A stretch of 64,000 bases of DNA from Octopus vulgaris. Its lineage: Eukaryota. Below, one piece after another: positions 14,758 to 28,244 of the stretch. The stretch covers positions 3,162,001 to 3,226,000 of the forward strand of contig OX597822.1 of assembly GCA_951406725.2 (NCBI GenBank), given 5' to 3'. Each line of letters starts with the position of its first letter. Position 1 is the first letter of the stretch. The notes under the pieces were generated by a model, which saw nothing but the letters and a program-made list of their open reading frames with translations, searched no databases and was not told the origin of the DNA. The position numbers were made by a program, and so were the translations under genes.

Positions 14758-14761
14758 GAAT

Positions 14762-14958
14762 GTGGACAAATTTCTTCAAGGAATACCAGATAAGCCACCT
14801 ATACTTTGATACGGCTCACTCAACAAGAATTCCCTACTCCAATGGACCAAGGTACCACAAAACCTGATTTGAAAAGGATTTAGCTAATCCTGTCAGGTGG
14901 TGCTGTTAAGTTAGACAAGGCAGGGACCAATCTTTGGTCGAATCATATCTAAGTTATA
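14762..14958 (+). mobile_element. 3' end of a related CR1-like LINE in opposite orientation
   Basis: Diverged reverse-complement match to 13685-13870 (caggtggtgct...tctaagttat). Confidence 0.7.
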
Positions 14959-15099
14959 AATATATATATATATATATATCACAATCAAGGAACGGCCATA
15001 ATAGGCCATTCACCCACTAGAAATAACAGCCAAAAGCTTTAACCGCAAAATAACATTAATACCGTAAACCAGGAGAAAATTGAAAAACTTTTACCCTGT

Positions 15100-15208
15100 A
15101 ATTTCTTAGACGATGCACCGTTTCATCTACCGTTTAATGGTAAACTAACCTGATTAAATTAAATCAAGCCAATCCACCATAGGCCCTTAGACTCATCAGT
15201 AAGAAATA
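15100..15208 (-). ncRNA. Type I hammerhead ribozyme (inverted copy)
   Basis: Reverse complement of 15722-15828. Confidence 0.8.
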
Positions 15209-15721
15209 GCCAAATCGGAACAGATATTTTTCACGAGGCATTCCTCTTGCTACCTCGGCAATATCTGACCTAAAATTTTCAAATCGTCGCTTTCGCGCCA
15301 AATTTATCGGCAGCAAATAAATATAAGCCACCGATTCCGTTACGGAACTAACCAGAAAATTCATAATTAATCAATATAGGGTGGCAAAAAATTTTGTAGA
15401 ATTCTTTTGCCACCAGCGGCCTAGTAGGAAAAAATTAAATAGTCATAAACGTAATAGTCATGTTGAACGTAAAAATGGTTTATGACTATTTAATTTTTTC
15501 CTACTAGGCCGCTGGTGGCAAAAGAATTCTACAAAATTTTTTTGCCACCCTATATTGATTAATTATGAATTTTCTGGTTAGTTCCGTAACGGAATCGGTG
15601 GCTTATATTTATTTGCTGCCGATAAATTTGGCGCGAGTGCGACGATTTGAAAATTTTAGGTCAGATATTGCCGAGGTAGCAAGAGGAATGCCTCGTGAAA
15701 AATATCTGTTCCGATTTGGCT

Positions 15722-15828
15722 ATTTCTTACTGATGAGTCTAAGGGCCTATGGTGGATTGGCTTGATTTAATTTAATCAGGTTAGTTTACCATTAAACGGT
15801 AGATGAAACGGTGCATCGTCTAAGAAAT
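15722..15828 (+). ncRNA. Type I hammerhead ribozyme with long stem II
   Basis: atttctta-CTGATGA-gtcta...tagat-GAAA-cggtgcatcg-TC-taagaaat: 8-bp stem I, canonical core, predicted cleavage after 15820. Confidence 0.88.
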
Positions 15829-16211
15829 TACAGGGTAAAATTTTTTCAATTTTCTCCTGGTTTACGGTATTAATGTTATTTTGCGGTTAAAGCTTTTGGC
15901 TGTTATTTCTAGTGGGTGAATGGCCTATTATGGCCGTTCCTTGATTGTGATGTTGAACGTAAAAATGGTTTATGACTATTTAATTTTTTCCTACTAGGCC
16001 GCTGGTGGCAAAAGAATTCTACAAAATTTTTTTGCCACCCTATATTGATTAATTATGAATTTTCTGGTTAGTTCCGTAACGGAATCGGTGGCTTATATTT
16101 ATTTGCTGCCGATAAATTTGGCGCGAGTGCGACGATTTGAAAATTTTAGGTCAGATATTGCCGAGGTAGCAAGAGGAATGCCTCGTGAAAAATATCTGTT
16201 CCGATTTGGCT

Positions 16212-16318
16212 ATTTCTTACTGATGAGTCTAAGGGCCTATGGTGGATTGGCTTGATTTAATTTAATCAGGTTAGTTTACCATTAAACGGTAGATGAAACG
16301 GTGCATCGTCTAAGAAAT
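16212..16318 (+). ncRNA. Type I hammerhead ribozyme (second tandem copy)
   Basis: Same as 15722-15828; predicted cleavage after 16310. Confidence 0.88.
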
Positions 16319-16666
16319 TACAGGGTAAAAGTTTTTCAATTTTCTCCTGGTTTACGGTATTAATGTTATTTTGCGGTTAAAGCTTTTGGCTGTTATTTCT
16401 AGTGGGTGAATGGCCTATTATGGCCGTTCCTTGATTGTGATGTTGAACGTAAAAATGGTTTATGACTATTTAATTTTTTCCTACTAGGCCGCTGGTGGCA
16501 AAAGAATTCTACAAAATTTTTTTGCCACCCTATATTGATTAATTATATATATATATATATATTAATCATGGATAAAATATTTATAAGATTTTAAAATGTA
16601 ACCAGTATGTAATGAACCATATACTTAATAATTAATACAAGTATATATAATTAATTAAATATGACA

Positions 16667-17482
16667 ATAATAATAAGGGCACTAATGACTAGCGCCACAT
16701 GCTAGAAATAGACGCCAAATGATTCTAAGCACTAGAGTTACATGCTTCGTTAGCAAGGACTGAAAGCAAGGAAAGAGAATAAATAAGATTTCCTAAAAGA
16801 GGTTTAAGAATAGATCGATTTCTGGTTTAGAGATGTAAAACCTACCTTCATCAGTATAGTTTGACAAATTGTACATAATTATATACATTTACACATACCA
16901 ATAGGAATATTGCGTATCCATAATCATATATACATGTGTTCGCATTTATATACGAGCTAAACTTAATTTATTCACCTCAACACCTGCATATATGACCGAA
17001 AATGATACTGCAGTGAATATTCTATATCAATTATTACGTCTATATTGCATTACATGCTGGCTACGTGCTAAAATATTATAAAGATTTTACCTTTCATTAT
17101 TAAAGGAATAAGTACAAATTGCTCTGACCAGAATATTCACTGCGGTATTATTTTCGTATATGCAGGTGTTGAGGTGGATAAATTAGATTTAGCTCGTATA
17201 TAAATGTGAACATTTGTATATACGATTATGGATAAGCGATATTCGTATTGATATATATATATAAATGTTTATAATTATATACAATAGGTCAAGGTTGGAT
17301 ATAGGCGAATTTACATCTCTAAGTCAGAAAACGATCTATTCTTAAACCTCTTTTAAGAAATCTTATTTATTCACTTTCCTCGCTTTCAGTCCGTGCTAAT
17401 GTAGCCAAGTAACTGTAGTTCATAGAACCATTTGGCATCTATTTCTAGCACGTGGTGCTATTTATCAGTGTCCTTATTATTA
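16667..17482. mobile_element. Older fold-back element with HHR remnant
   Basis: Diverged inverted arms ~16667-17023 / ~17131-17482; minus-strand CTGATGA-a-ggt...acc-a-GAAA-tcga-TC at ~16808-16860; shared motif at 17434-17449. Confidence 0.7.
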
Positions 17483-17497
17483 CAATTATACATATAT

Positions 17498-17605
17498 AAA
17501 CGTTAAACCCTCCTTCTTTCCTTCTTTCCTGAGCGTCCAATAATACTATATTTGTTCCACGTCCTCGCGTTGTTGTGTTGTTTGTACTTTCTTGTTTGGA
17601 TTAAC

Positions 17606-17607
<2 letters not shown>
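17498..17607 (+). mobile_element. 3' part of gagctccgctc HHR-like repeat
   Basis: Homologous to 23198-23310; ends in (TA)n. Confidence 0.75.
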
Positions 17608-17655
<48 letters not shown>

Positions 17656-17789
17656 TATAAATATATGCATATATACATATATGTATATACCAACATCTAT
17701 ATGCCTATATGTATATACCAACATATAAATGCCTATATGGGTACAGGACATTAAAAAAAAACGTTGAAAGAATGAGAAATGAGAACAGA

Positions 17790-18275
17790 CTTTGACATGA
17801 AACTAGAATATTTTATGTCTGTTGTGCAAGCCATATACCTGAAATATGTTCCAGAGCACAAGGCCACAACAAATAGCAACAATATTCCAAGGGAGAGGAA
17901 GATCCTCATGAGATGACGGACGAAGGTTGCAAATCGACTCTACCTTCATCTCAAAAGGAACGAATGGTCCTGCCTAAAAACAACACTGATGGAGATTGGA
18001 AAAAGCCTGCAACAATCCTAAATAGGGAAAGATCAAATAAAGAATCCTGGGTTATAAAAACATTAAGTCAAACGCAAAGGCCTTCTTTCATTCCGCCAAT
18101 GAAACAGCATCAGTACTCTGCAAGATAGGACCCCTCTTCCAAAAGGATGGCTCCCTCACTCACAGATAGTCCAACCAAGATCAGTGAGGTAATGAATGAC
18201 CAGTTGAAAAGTGTCTTTACCACCCCGTTGGAATACAGACGAGTGAACGAACCAGTGGAGGCAGTTACGATGGAA
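17790..18275 (+). mobile_element. Decayed CR1-like LINE ORF2 fragment
   Basis: PLFQKDGS...MNDQLKSVFTTP resembles the region upstream of CR1 RT. Confidence 0.5.
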
Positions 18276-18489
18276 TAGAAAGGAGAGAGAGAGAGAGAGA
18301 GAGATAGGCAGAAAAGAGATAGAATAAGAGTGCGCATCGTAATTATTAAGAAAAAAACTTACTTGGAAAAGGATGCATGGCGTTCGATCATATAATAATG
18401 TAAATAATATTCAAATATATGCATACATATATATATATATACACACACACATACATACATATATATATATGTATATATATGTATATATG

Positions 18490-18547
<58 letters not shown>

Positions 18548-18549
18548 GC

Positions 18550-19940
18550 ATTTTTCATACGATCACATTATTTTTGTTTCATTTTCTTATTTTGGAGCTT
18601 ACTCTATACAATTGTTGTTAAATTCGTATCGATTTTGCCTTTCAAAAATAAGTTTCAATGAGAACCATAGTAGATACCTCATGCTATATGAATTCAAAGG
18701 GGGGTTCTCTGTAATTGAAGCATCGAGAAATATTTGTCCTATCATTGAAAATGAAGCTGTAAGTTTCGAAACGTATCACCGATGGTTTGGCCAGTTACGT
18801 GGGACCACTTTTCTCTTGTAGATTTTCCTCAATCTGGACGCCCAAATTCTTATTTCTTTATTGCCCACAAGGGGCTAAACATAGAGAGGACAAACAAGGA
18901 CAGACAAAGGGATTAAGTCGATTATATCGACCCCAGTGCGTAACTGGTACTTATTTAATCGACCCCGAAAGGATGAAAGGCAAAGTCGACCACGGCGGAA
19001 TTTGAACACAGAACGTAGCAGCAGACAAAATTCCTATTTCTATTTCTCTACTACCCACAAGGGGCTAAACACACTGAGGACAAACAAGGACAGACAAGGG
19101 TTATTTCGATTACATCGACCCCAGTGTGTAACTGGTACTTAATTTATCGACCCATAAAGGATGAAAGGCAAAGTCGACCTCGGCGGAATTTGAACTCAGA
19201 ACGTAACGGCAGACGAAATACGGCTACGCATTTCGCCCGGCGTGCTAACGTTTCTGCCAGCTCGCCGCTTTAAATTTGGACGCCCAAATTCTGTTAGTAA
19301 TTGACTGTTTGAAAAAACTAGTGAAAAATCCCTCAAATTTAAAGTTAACAACACACGAATTCGCAAAATAGTTCAATTCAAGTCACATTTTGATCATAGG
19401 AAAAAAAAAAAAACAATCATGAAGCAGGAAAATTTTCTGAACTTGGTCGTTGGATATCAATGAAAGGGTTGCCCTCTGCACATCATTGAAGAGTAGATTT
19501 GCTAACGATCCTTTCCTGGGTAAAATCCTCACAACTGATGTCAATGGATAGCACTCATCAAAACAGGATAAACCCTCACCAAACCAGAAGTACCCCCGGA
19601 GAAAGTTAAGCCCTGTGCCTGATGCGATTTGAAATGCGTTATCTACCACGAAGAGTTAAACCAAAGCGAAAAGGTTAATGAGAGGAAGTATTACCGTCAA
19701 ATTGGAAACATTGTACAAAATTGTGAAGTAGAGTGCAAATTATTGATCAACCGTAAAGGATTGTTGCTTTTACTCAATTGTGCAAGACCACATATTAATC
19801 AAGTAACGGAGAAAAAGATTATGGCACTAGATATGACAGATCTGGCACATACTCCTTACTCCCTTGACCTTGCTCCCTCTGATTATCCTCTTTTCATGTA
19901 ATTGCAACGTTATTTAGAGACATTTATATCCAATTATGTT
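18550..19940 (+). mobile_element. Decayed mariner transposon interrupted by a SINE dimer
   Basis: YLMLYEFKGG..EASRNIC; PFLGKILTTD; NCARPH; HTPYSLDLAPSDYPLF. Confidence 0.85.
18851..19272 (-). mobile_element. SINE family 1 dimer with target-site duplication
   Basis: TSD tggacgcccaaattct at 18835-18850 and 19277-19292. Confidence 0.9.
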
Positions 19941-20032
19941 GCTCAGGGACGCACACGTGCACACACACACACACACACACGCTTTACCCAAGATGTAGAT
20001 TTCTATAGCAGACTGGTATTACAAAACAAATA

Positions 20033-20668
20033 TATTTCTTTACTACCCACAAGGGGCTAAACATAGAGGGGGCAAGCAGGGACAGACAAACGGATTAAGT
20101 CGATTATATCGACCCCAGTGCGTAACTGGTACTTAACTTATCGACCCCGAAAGGATAAAAAGCAAAGTTGACCTCCGCAGAATTTGAACTCAGGACGTAA
20201 CGGCAGACGAAATATCGCTAAGCATTTCACCCGGCGCGCTAACGTTTCTTATTTCTTTACTACCCACAATGGGGTAAACACAGAGAAGACAAACAAGGAC
20301 AGACAAACGGATTAGGTCGATTATATCGACCCCAGTGCGTAACTAGTACTTATTTAACCGACCCCGAAAGGATGAAAGGCAAAGTTGACCTCGGCGGAAT
20401 TTGAACTCACAACGTAACGACAGACGAAATACCGATTTCTTTATTACCCACAAGGGGCTACACATAGAGGGGACAAACAAGGACAGACATAGGTATTAAG
20501 TCGATTATATCGACCCCCAGTGCGTAACTGGTACTTATTTAATCGACCCCGAAATGATGAAAGGCAAAGTCGACCTCGGCGGAATTTGAACTCACAACGT
20601 AACGGCAGACGAAATACTGCAAAGCATTTCACTCGGCGTGCTAACGTTTCTGCCAGCTCGCCGCCCTT
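20033..20668 (-). mobile_element. SINE family 1 trimer
   Basis: One complete head and three tandem bodies. Confidence 0.9.
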
Positions 20669-20910
20669 TACAAAACACAAATAGGTAAATTATCAGACAT
20701 ATTTTATGCATGTATGGAGGCATGGGTATGAATGTATTAGGAATTCTACTCTTGAAACGCGAGACTTGGGGTTCAATCTCACATAGGGCCATATGATCAT
20801 GGCTCATGTAAGCTTCTTTCTTTTTATAACTTTATCAGCTATAAAGCCCCTTGCACCCGGAGTTGAGTGCCAGTGTGATATATCGCTTCAGAAAGAGAGA
20901 GAGAGAAAGA

Positions 20911-20963
<53 letters not shown>

Positions 20964-22489
20964 TAGAAACTAGATTATCTACTGATAATCTAGTTTCGAT
21001 GCCTGTCTAGCGGCTTTCAGGTAACTTGTTTATATAGTGTCATTCCGTTTTGTCTATGGCGAAGTCATTTAAATTTCACTTGTTTCGGCAATGTAAGAAT
21101 AAAGAGATAACTATTGTGGAATAATTAACTCTAATCAGTGAGCGATCTATATAATTAGCTTGAATCAGTGGGTGTTCTATATAATTGACTTCAAATACTG
21201 ATTTCGATTAACGACACATGCCATGCTTCGGTTCACTTCGCTTTTAGGAATTCGCGCAATCAATGCTAAAATCATTAATAGACATTATTGCAGTCTGGAG
21301 AACATCGCTGTAGAACCATGCAGTATTAGTGAGAAGGCGTCAGGAGGCTTTGTATTTTCAATTTTTTTTAAAGTACTTTATTGTACACAATTTTGTGGTG
21401 AAAGGCAGAGGGTGACATTCTTTTGTAAGGGTGCGATCACCGGTGAGAGAAACAGAACAGTTCTCGAGTATATCAGACCAGAGACCTTGTAAGAATATTT
21501 CAAGCGTAAAGAATTCTGACAGCTGCACGTGTTATGTGGTGTTGTTAAACCAAGCTATGCATCAATTCCATCACTCGTTAAGCTTTCGACATTCCAACAC
21601 TGTCTAGTGTCTATGGTCTACGCACTTACCTTTCAGTAACCATCGAACCTATGTACCGTTGTGCGTAGTGTTGCAGGTAACACGTGAGAATGCGTGGGTA
21701 ATATATCGACATGAACTATGATGTACAGACTATAGCTATTAATATTTTAGCATAGTCATATAATTACAATGTGAAAGAACGTGGCTTCGCGGTTAGGGGT
21801 GTTTGGCTTATGATCATATGGGCGTAGGTTCACACCCTGGATTGGGCGGCACATTGTGTCCTCAAGTAAGGTATTTCATTTCACGTTGATCTCACCTAAA
21901 CATATCTAATGAGTACGAAGGGGTTGCTGACACAGCTCTCTCTACTTCCTAGATAATCTGCTGAGTCAAAGTCGAAAGGGTCGATAGTGTGCCTGTGGCT
22001 GTTCGCAGCCACATATGTATCTAAAACCCATTTGGTAAAACACGATGGATGTTACCACGTCATATTCACTTGTCCTTGTCAGTTCTGGCTGATAGTACCT
22101 ATATGGTTTCGAATTTATAGAAAAAGGGAAGTGGACAGATTCAGTCCAATTACGTTATAGCTACTTAATTTATCGATATTGGGCTGAGTTGACAAAATCT
22201 ACTAATGATATATTTAAAACTTAGAACGTTGAGGGGCAAGGTACCTGTTGATATCAATTCCAGAGCATAACTGGTACATATATGTTGTATATCAGTTAAA
22301 TATAAAACCAAACTGTGCATTTTTGCGTATTTTAACTGAATGCGAAGGAAGATTTTGTTCGGCGCACTGTTGGTACACTATCCACCAATCTGTACGGAAA
22401 ATAGTATTTTTAGTACAAAACTGGCAGCGGATTATCAGATAAAAAGAGTATTAGTTTCTTCATAGCGATGGTGGTGGTGCTGGAAATTA

Positions 22490-22653
22490 TAGGCGTAAGA
22501 GTGGATGTGTGGTAAGTAGCTTGCTTACCAACCACATGGTTCTGGTTTCAGTCCCACTGCGTGGCACTTTGGGCAAGTGTCATCTTCTCTAGCCTCAGGC
22601 CGAAAATGCCTGGTGAGTGGATTTGGTAAATGGAAACTTGAAGAAGCCCGTCG

Positions 22654-22687
<34 letters not shown>

Positions 22688-22830
22688 TATATATTTGTAT
22701 ATACTAGTGCGTGTGTTCCTGTGTTTGTCCTCCCACACCATCGCTTGAAAAGCAATGCTGGTATGGTTAGGTTCCCGTAACTTAGCGGTCAGGCCAAAGA
22801 TGTTGATAGAATAAGTACTATGCATGGGCA
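22490..22830 (+). mobile_element. SINE family 2 (CORE-like) with internal (TA)n
   Basis: gtggtaagtagcttgcttaccaaccacatggttc...gcactttgggcaagtg...gaagcccgtcg-(TA)n-gtgtttgtcctccc. Confidence 0.85.
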
Positions 22831-23013
22831 CAGTCAAGGAAAGGAATAAAAGAATACAAAGAAATATAGGTATGCAAAAACTTATCCTATATCTATATAT
22901 CTAACTTTGTATAAATACACATACACACACGTACGAGCGTGTGTGAATGTATGCACCTCTGCATACACAGAATATAATAGATGGATAGACAAAAATATAC
23001 ATATATACATACA

Positions 23014-23048
<35 letters not shown>

Positions 23049-23094
23049 TATATATATATATATATATATACATTTTCATATATATATATACATT

Positions 23095-23310
23095 TCAAAA
23101 TATGACCGCGTGTGTACCGTTGGCGATCTATTTTCCTCCGTCTTGCCTTCTTTGGATCTTTCCTTTTCCTATGTTTCTGACGAAGAGCTCCGCTCAAAAC
23201 GTTAAACCCTCTTTCTTTCCTTCCTTCCTGAGCGTCCAATAATACTATATTTGTTCCACGTCCTCGTGTTGTTGTGTTTTCTCTTTGTGTTTGCATGTTT
23301 TGTTTAACTA
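23095..23310 (+). mobile_element. Short HHR-like repeat (gagctccgctc family)
   Basis: gttt-CTGACGA-a-gagc tcc gctc-(a)AAA-cg-TT-aaac; homologs at 32462-32660 and 40918-41125(-). Confidence 0.75.
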
Positions 23311-23327
23311 TATAGATATATATATAT

Positions 23328-23984
23328 AGTTTTTACCGAGTATGGTCGTTTTCCATACCGAAAAACTACTAGGTGAAATTTGTTGATTTTATTAAATTAA
23401 TTATCTTTCACCCTAAATCTGTAATGATTATTTCACTCCCCTACGACAAAACTACGAATCTTTTTTCGGCAGTACTATTTAGTGATTCACATGGTAGAAA
23501 AATTTCGAGGGAAGTGCGAATTCACTCGTCTATATCAATGTGGATATGCTGATTAGCTTTTATATGTTCCGATGACGATTGGTCGGAAATATAAGGGGTA
23601 AGTTCCTAGCATCTTCAGATTTATTTATCGAAATATTATGTCGATGAAGGAAATGAATCTTATGATTCTAATCCAGAAACGCGTCCATAATTAATCGAAG
23701 ACTGTTTGATTTAATTATTTTTCTTCTTTTTTTGCCAAATATTGTTATCTGTGCAGACATATTTTTGTAGAAAAAGGAAATAGTAGTCCTTTAGCTGCTA
23801 TTTCTAAAATTGTCGGTATGTGGTCAAGCAACTTGTTGCAAAACCCTTATTGTTATAATTATATATAAAAAATACTTTTTGTATAAGTTTTTACCGAATA
23901 TGGTCGTTTTGCATACCGAAAAACTACTAGGTGAAATTTGTTGATTTTATTAAATTAATTATCTTTCACCCTATATCTGTAATG

Positions 23985-23990
<6 letters not shown>
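23328..23990 (+). mobile_element. Retrozyme-like element, 559 bp unit x1.2, flanked by (TA)n
   Basis: ~103 bp direct repeat (23328-23431 / 23887-23990); HHR fold at 23635-23691; shared motif at 23793-23807. Confidence 0.8.
23635..23691 (+). ncRNA. Type I hammerhead-like motif, altered core
   Basis: attatg-TCGATGA-a-gga..gaatc ttat gattc..tcc-a-GAAA-cgcg-TC-cataat; TC in place of CT at core positions 3-4. Confidence 0.65.
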
Positions 23991-24063
<73 letters not shown>

Positions 24064-24245
24064 ACATAGATCAGCTGCTGGCTTCATAGTTAGAAAGCTA
24101 CGTAGGTATATAGAGAGGCAAATATATAATCACGTAGGCACCTAAGATAGGTAAATGGATACAGAAAAGAACAAAAAGGATAAAGGTAGTCGTGTATACG
24201 TACAAAAATATCTCTCTATTTATATATAAGCATATGTATATGTAC

Positions 24246-24333
<88 letters not shown>

Positions 24334-25080
24334 ATGTATCTATATATATATATGTATTTACATATTAGCAATAAACACACATGAATACACAAGTGTATAT
24401 GTTTACGTAGATATATACATACATATATATGTGTATATATATATATATACATATATTTTTATATATATATATACATATGTGTGTGTGTGTGTATATTCGT
24501 ATGTGTAGGTGTATTGTACGGTGGGGCGGGTGTTGTGTACATGTTTGTAATACTCACACACTCATAGCCGGGAGAGGAGGCTATAAAAGAAGGAAAAATA
24601 GAAAGAACGAGAAAAAAATTTAAGAAATGGGGGTAAAGAAAAGAAAGAACAAAAAAATCACGAAGAAACACAAAAATACACAAACATAGAAATATATACA
24701 AATAAATAAACACAGAAACCAAAAGACAAATAGACAAACAAAAAATGATAGAGATGCTGTCGAGACATCTCGAAGACTTGATGAAAAAACAACGAACTCG
24801 GCGTACGAATTCATTCTTATATGAATCTACCAACATTTGAGGCTTTTGCGGGGTTTTATTTTTTGCTGTTGTTTTTTGATATTATACTTCAAGCATTTTA
24901 TTTTATTTCTTTTTTTGGCTTTCAAAATTATTTACTAATTCTTCCGTTTTTTTCTTCGTCCTATCCTTTATTCTGCTCCCTACTTAATGCGTTTTTCAGT
25001 ACATACCTTTCTGCTACAGGTGAACTGAAATCAAGAAATGAGTCCATTCCAAGATATTGAATAAGTTATCTAGCTATTTG

Positions 25081-25165
<85 letters not shown>

Positions 25166-25373
25166 GTGCGTCTGCGTCTGACCGCCTGTCTCTCTTATAT
25201 GTACATTTATATATATGTATATATAATTACATATATAAAAACATATACACACATGTACATACATATCTACTACACATACATATATATATATGTATATATA
25301 TTAAATACACATATAAATATATATATATGCATACGTACATATATATATATAATACACATATATGTATACATAC

Positions 25374-25432
<59 letters not shown>

Positions 25433-26355
25433 TGTGTGCGCGCGAGTACGTGCGTGTAAATGTGTTTCTGTGGGTGTGTAAGATTATTATTAAAATGACA
25501 AACAATCTTAAAGGACTTACGAAAACGAAAAAAAAAAAAATGAAAAAGCGTTATTGAGTTAGATGAAATAGCATAAAGTAAATAAATACGAGGAGGAATC
25601 GTCTGGAAATTGGCCAACAAAAGAAACGCAGAGGAAAAATAATGAAAATAACGAAAGCAGAAAAAAAAGTGTAAAACACTCAAAATACAACAAAAATAGT
25701 TTAAATACGCCCCCTGTAGCGAAAATTATTCTCAGTTGGGCATTGAAAGACAAAAACCAAACTGATGTCGTAAACACCATAGCTATGCCTCTGTTGATAC
25801 AGTACAGCTACAGTTGTTGTCATTGAGATGATGAATGAGGTACTGGAATCGCACTTTAATATTTGGAAACTGTTCGTATTAAACAGCGCTCAACTCTCAT
25901 AAGTAGCGTAGATGTATAACATTTATTATTACACCCACCTATCATCCGCCAAATAGGAAGCAAAAAAAACAAAAACTTCAGAAAAACACAAATAGATATA
26001 TTCAAATGACTTAGAGCAAGCAGAAGCCAATTATAAAACTGACAATGTTGTGATTGGTATATATATATTTTTGACAAAGAAAAGTGGAAACTGATGAAAA
26101 TGATATATATTAGGGCGATTGTAGGAAGAATATCTATTATTATAAATTCACGTAGAGAAATCTGATAAATGTTTGTTTATCTTTTGTAAGAATATTATTA
26201 TATAGAAATCATATTTAGTTTCTGATATAGACTCATACCAATATTTCGCTTAATATTCAGTAAAGTTTGTACTTTGTTAACGAGATCAGAATAAAGTACA
26301 AGCTCAGAAAATCCTATCGAGAATAATCTCTTGTACTTGAAAGATATTTGTCTTG

Positions 26356-26681
26356 TACACTTGCTCCTCGACTTACGACCAAGTTCCGTTCCGGCTGACA
26401 GGTCGTAAGTCGATCTGGTCATACGTCGGATTTATATTTTTTAACACTTATTTTCCTTCATGCAACTGATGCTTGAAAGCGACTGAGTGAGAGATAGTGG
26501 CAGGCAGTTGATGCCTGGGTCTGAGGGAGGCCTGCATTGCCAGATGCTGCCATAGTTATCGAACGCGCAGCTGCCCTGCATTCAACAATCGATTTTTATT
26601 AATTTATTTCTTTATTTTCATTTTTTGTGGTCGTTAGTGAGGATGGTCGTAAGTCGCATAGGTCGTTATTCGAAGAGATGT
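26356..26681. mobile_element. Tigger/pogo-like MITE
   Basis: Imperfect TIRs tacacttgctcctcgacttacgacc / ggtcgttattcgaagagatgta; TA flanks; internal ggtcgtaagtcg repeats. Confidence 0.6.
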
Positions 26682-28244
26682 AATTAAAAAATAGTTGTCG
26701 TTAATTAATTTTAAACAAGCACAGAAATTAGGAATGATTAAAATAAAACTTCTTCCATTTATGTTTAACATGTTTGTGCACTCTCAAACGTAGAGATACA
26801 TTTACTGCGCTATCGTTTCTTGGAAAAAGAATCATAGGCAATGGGTGTCAAAACACGTCCAACTGGTCTATGATCAGCTTTGACAAAATTTTGCATGCGA
26901 TAGTAAATTTAGTATTATTAATTACATATAAGACGAGTCGTTCTTAGTGGGTTTGAACGACGAGTGAGTTGAGGATATGTTGCTGCGAAGTAAAAAGAGG
27001 CAGAAACACGTGTTCTACATTCTGATGTCATCATTCAAGGCTTTGGCATATACCTACATACATACATACATACATACATACATACATACATACATACAAG
27101 TACCTATCATCGTAGGTGCATTAGGTTATGTACCAAAAAGTACCAACAAATTTGCACAAAAGCCTAGAAATTGTCTGTTTTAGGAGAAAGGGCAAACGAA
27201 ACGCGAACTCTCCAAATCCAGTTTATTAGTGGCACAGTGAAGATTTGTAAGACATTCCAAAAATTCTCCATCTGAGATTCTTGCGTGAATAGATGCGTAC
27301 CCTTGGGTATATACATCGACAGTTCGACCTACGCACCAACTCAACCGAATATTTACAAACACCGGGAACTCTCTTAGCTCAAAATCTCTTTTCGCTTTAT
27401 TAGTGACGGACTCGAACTCTCTCAAGAACTTAAATAAGACTCAAAGAAAATCATGCATACATACGTATACGAAACACACACATACACACACACACTCACA
27501 CGCACGCACGTACGCACCATGCACGCAAAATCATTAATGTCATGCATATATGTTTCTAGTAACGCGCGTTAGTGTGAGACGATATTGACAATTGTTCTTG
27601 TTCTAAAGTGCGATTTCAAATTGATTGTGAGATAAAAACAATACTATTTATACAATAAGTGAAGTGAAACGAAATATCCCATTTAGTTAAGAAGCGACTG
27701 GGCTGTTAAATCACTCTGCAAATAGTACTAAAATCTCAACAGTAGTCTTTAAAAAATAGCATCATGTCATTTAAAGAGAAACTTACGAAATGAGCATTAT
27801 AGCATTAATTTCTTCATGAAAACGAGAAAATATTTCAAGAATTTCTAGGTTAGTAGGCAAAGAGAAAATAAACATATTTTATACTCAAATGGAAATGGAA
27901 GCATGGTCACGCATGTCAAAATATTTACTTGTGTGTCTGCATGTGTTTAATCTAACCCATGTGCACAGGCGCGCGCACACGCACACTCACAGACACACTT
28001 CCTTTCTTGCTGCTCTTCCATTTTCTGTCACCCTCATCTTCATTTATTTATTCTTGCTCTGAAAATACAGCATATTTAAAGGGTTGTGGAGAAGAATTTA
28101 CAAAGTACATAATAATTTGTTTTTTACTTGAGAATTTCAGCAAATTTTAAATTGCACTTTTTCACCAAAAAATTATGCACTCCGAATAATATACAAGTAA
28201 CATTCCATTTTCAAAAAGACCGACTTATTCCACTAAAGCAGTAT

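Larger units (their letters stand above)
14978..16545 (+). mobile_element. Retrozyme-like element: 490 bp unit x2.2 tandem plus one inverted copy, flanked by (TA)n
   Basis: Units start at 15461, 15951, 16441; 14978-15450 is the reverse complement of 15478-15951; copies nearly identical; one HHR per unit. Confidence 0.9.

Noticed and set aside
15164-16255. Three copies of a 66-aa ORF (MNFLVSSVTES...)
   Set aside because: By-product of the 490-bp repeat; overlaps the ribozyme; no recognisable domain
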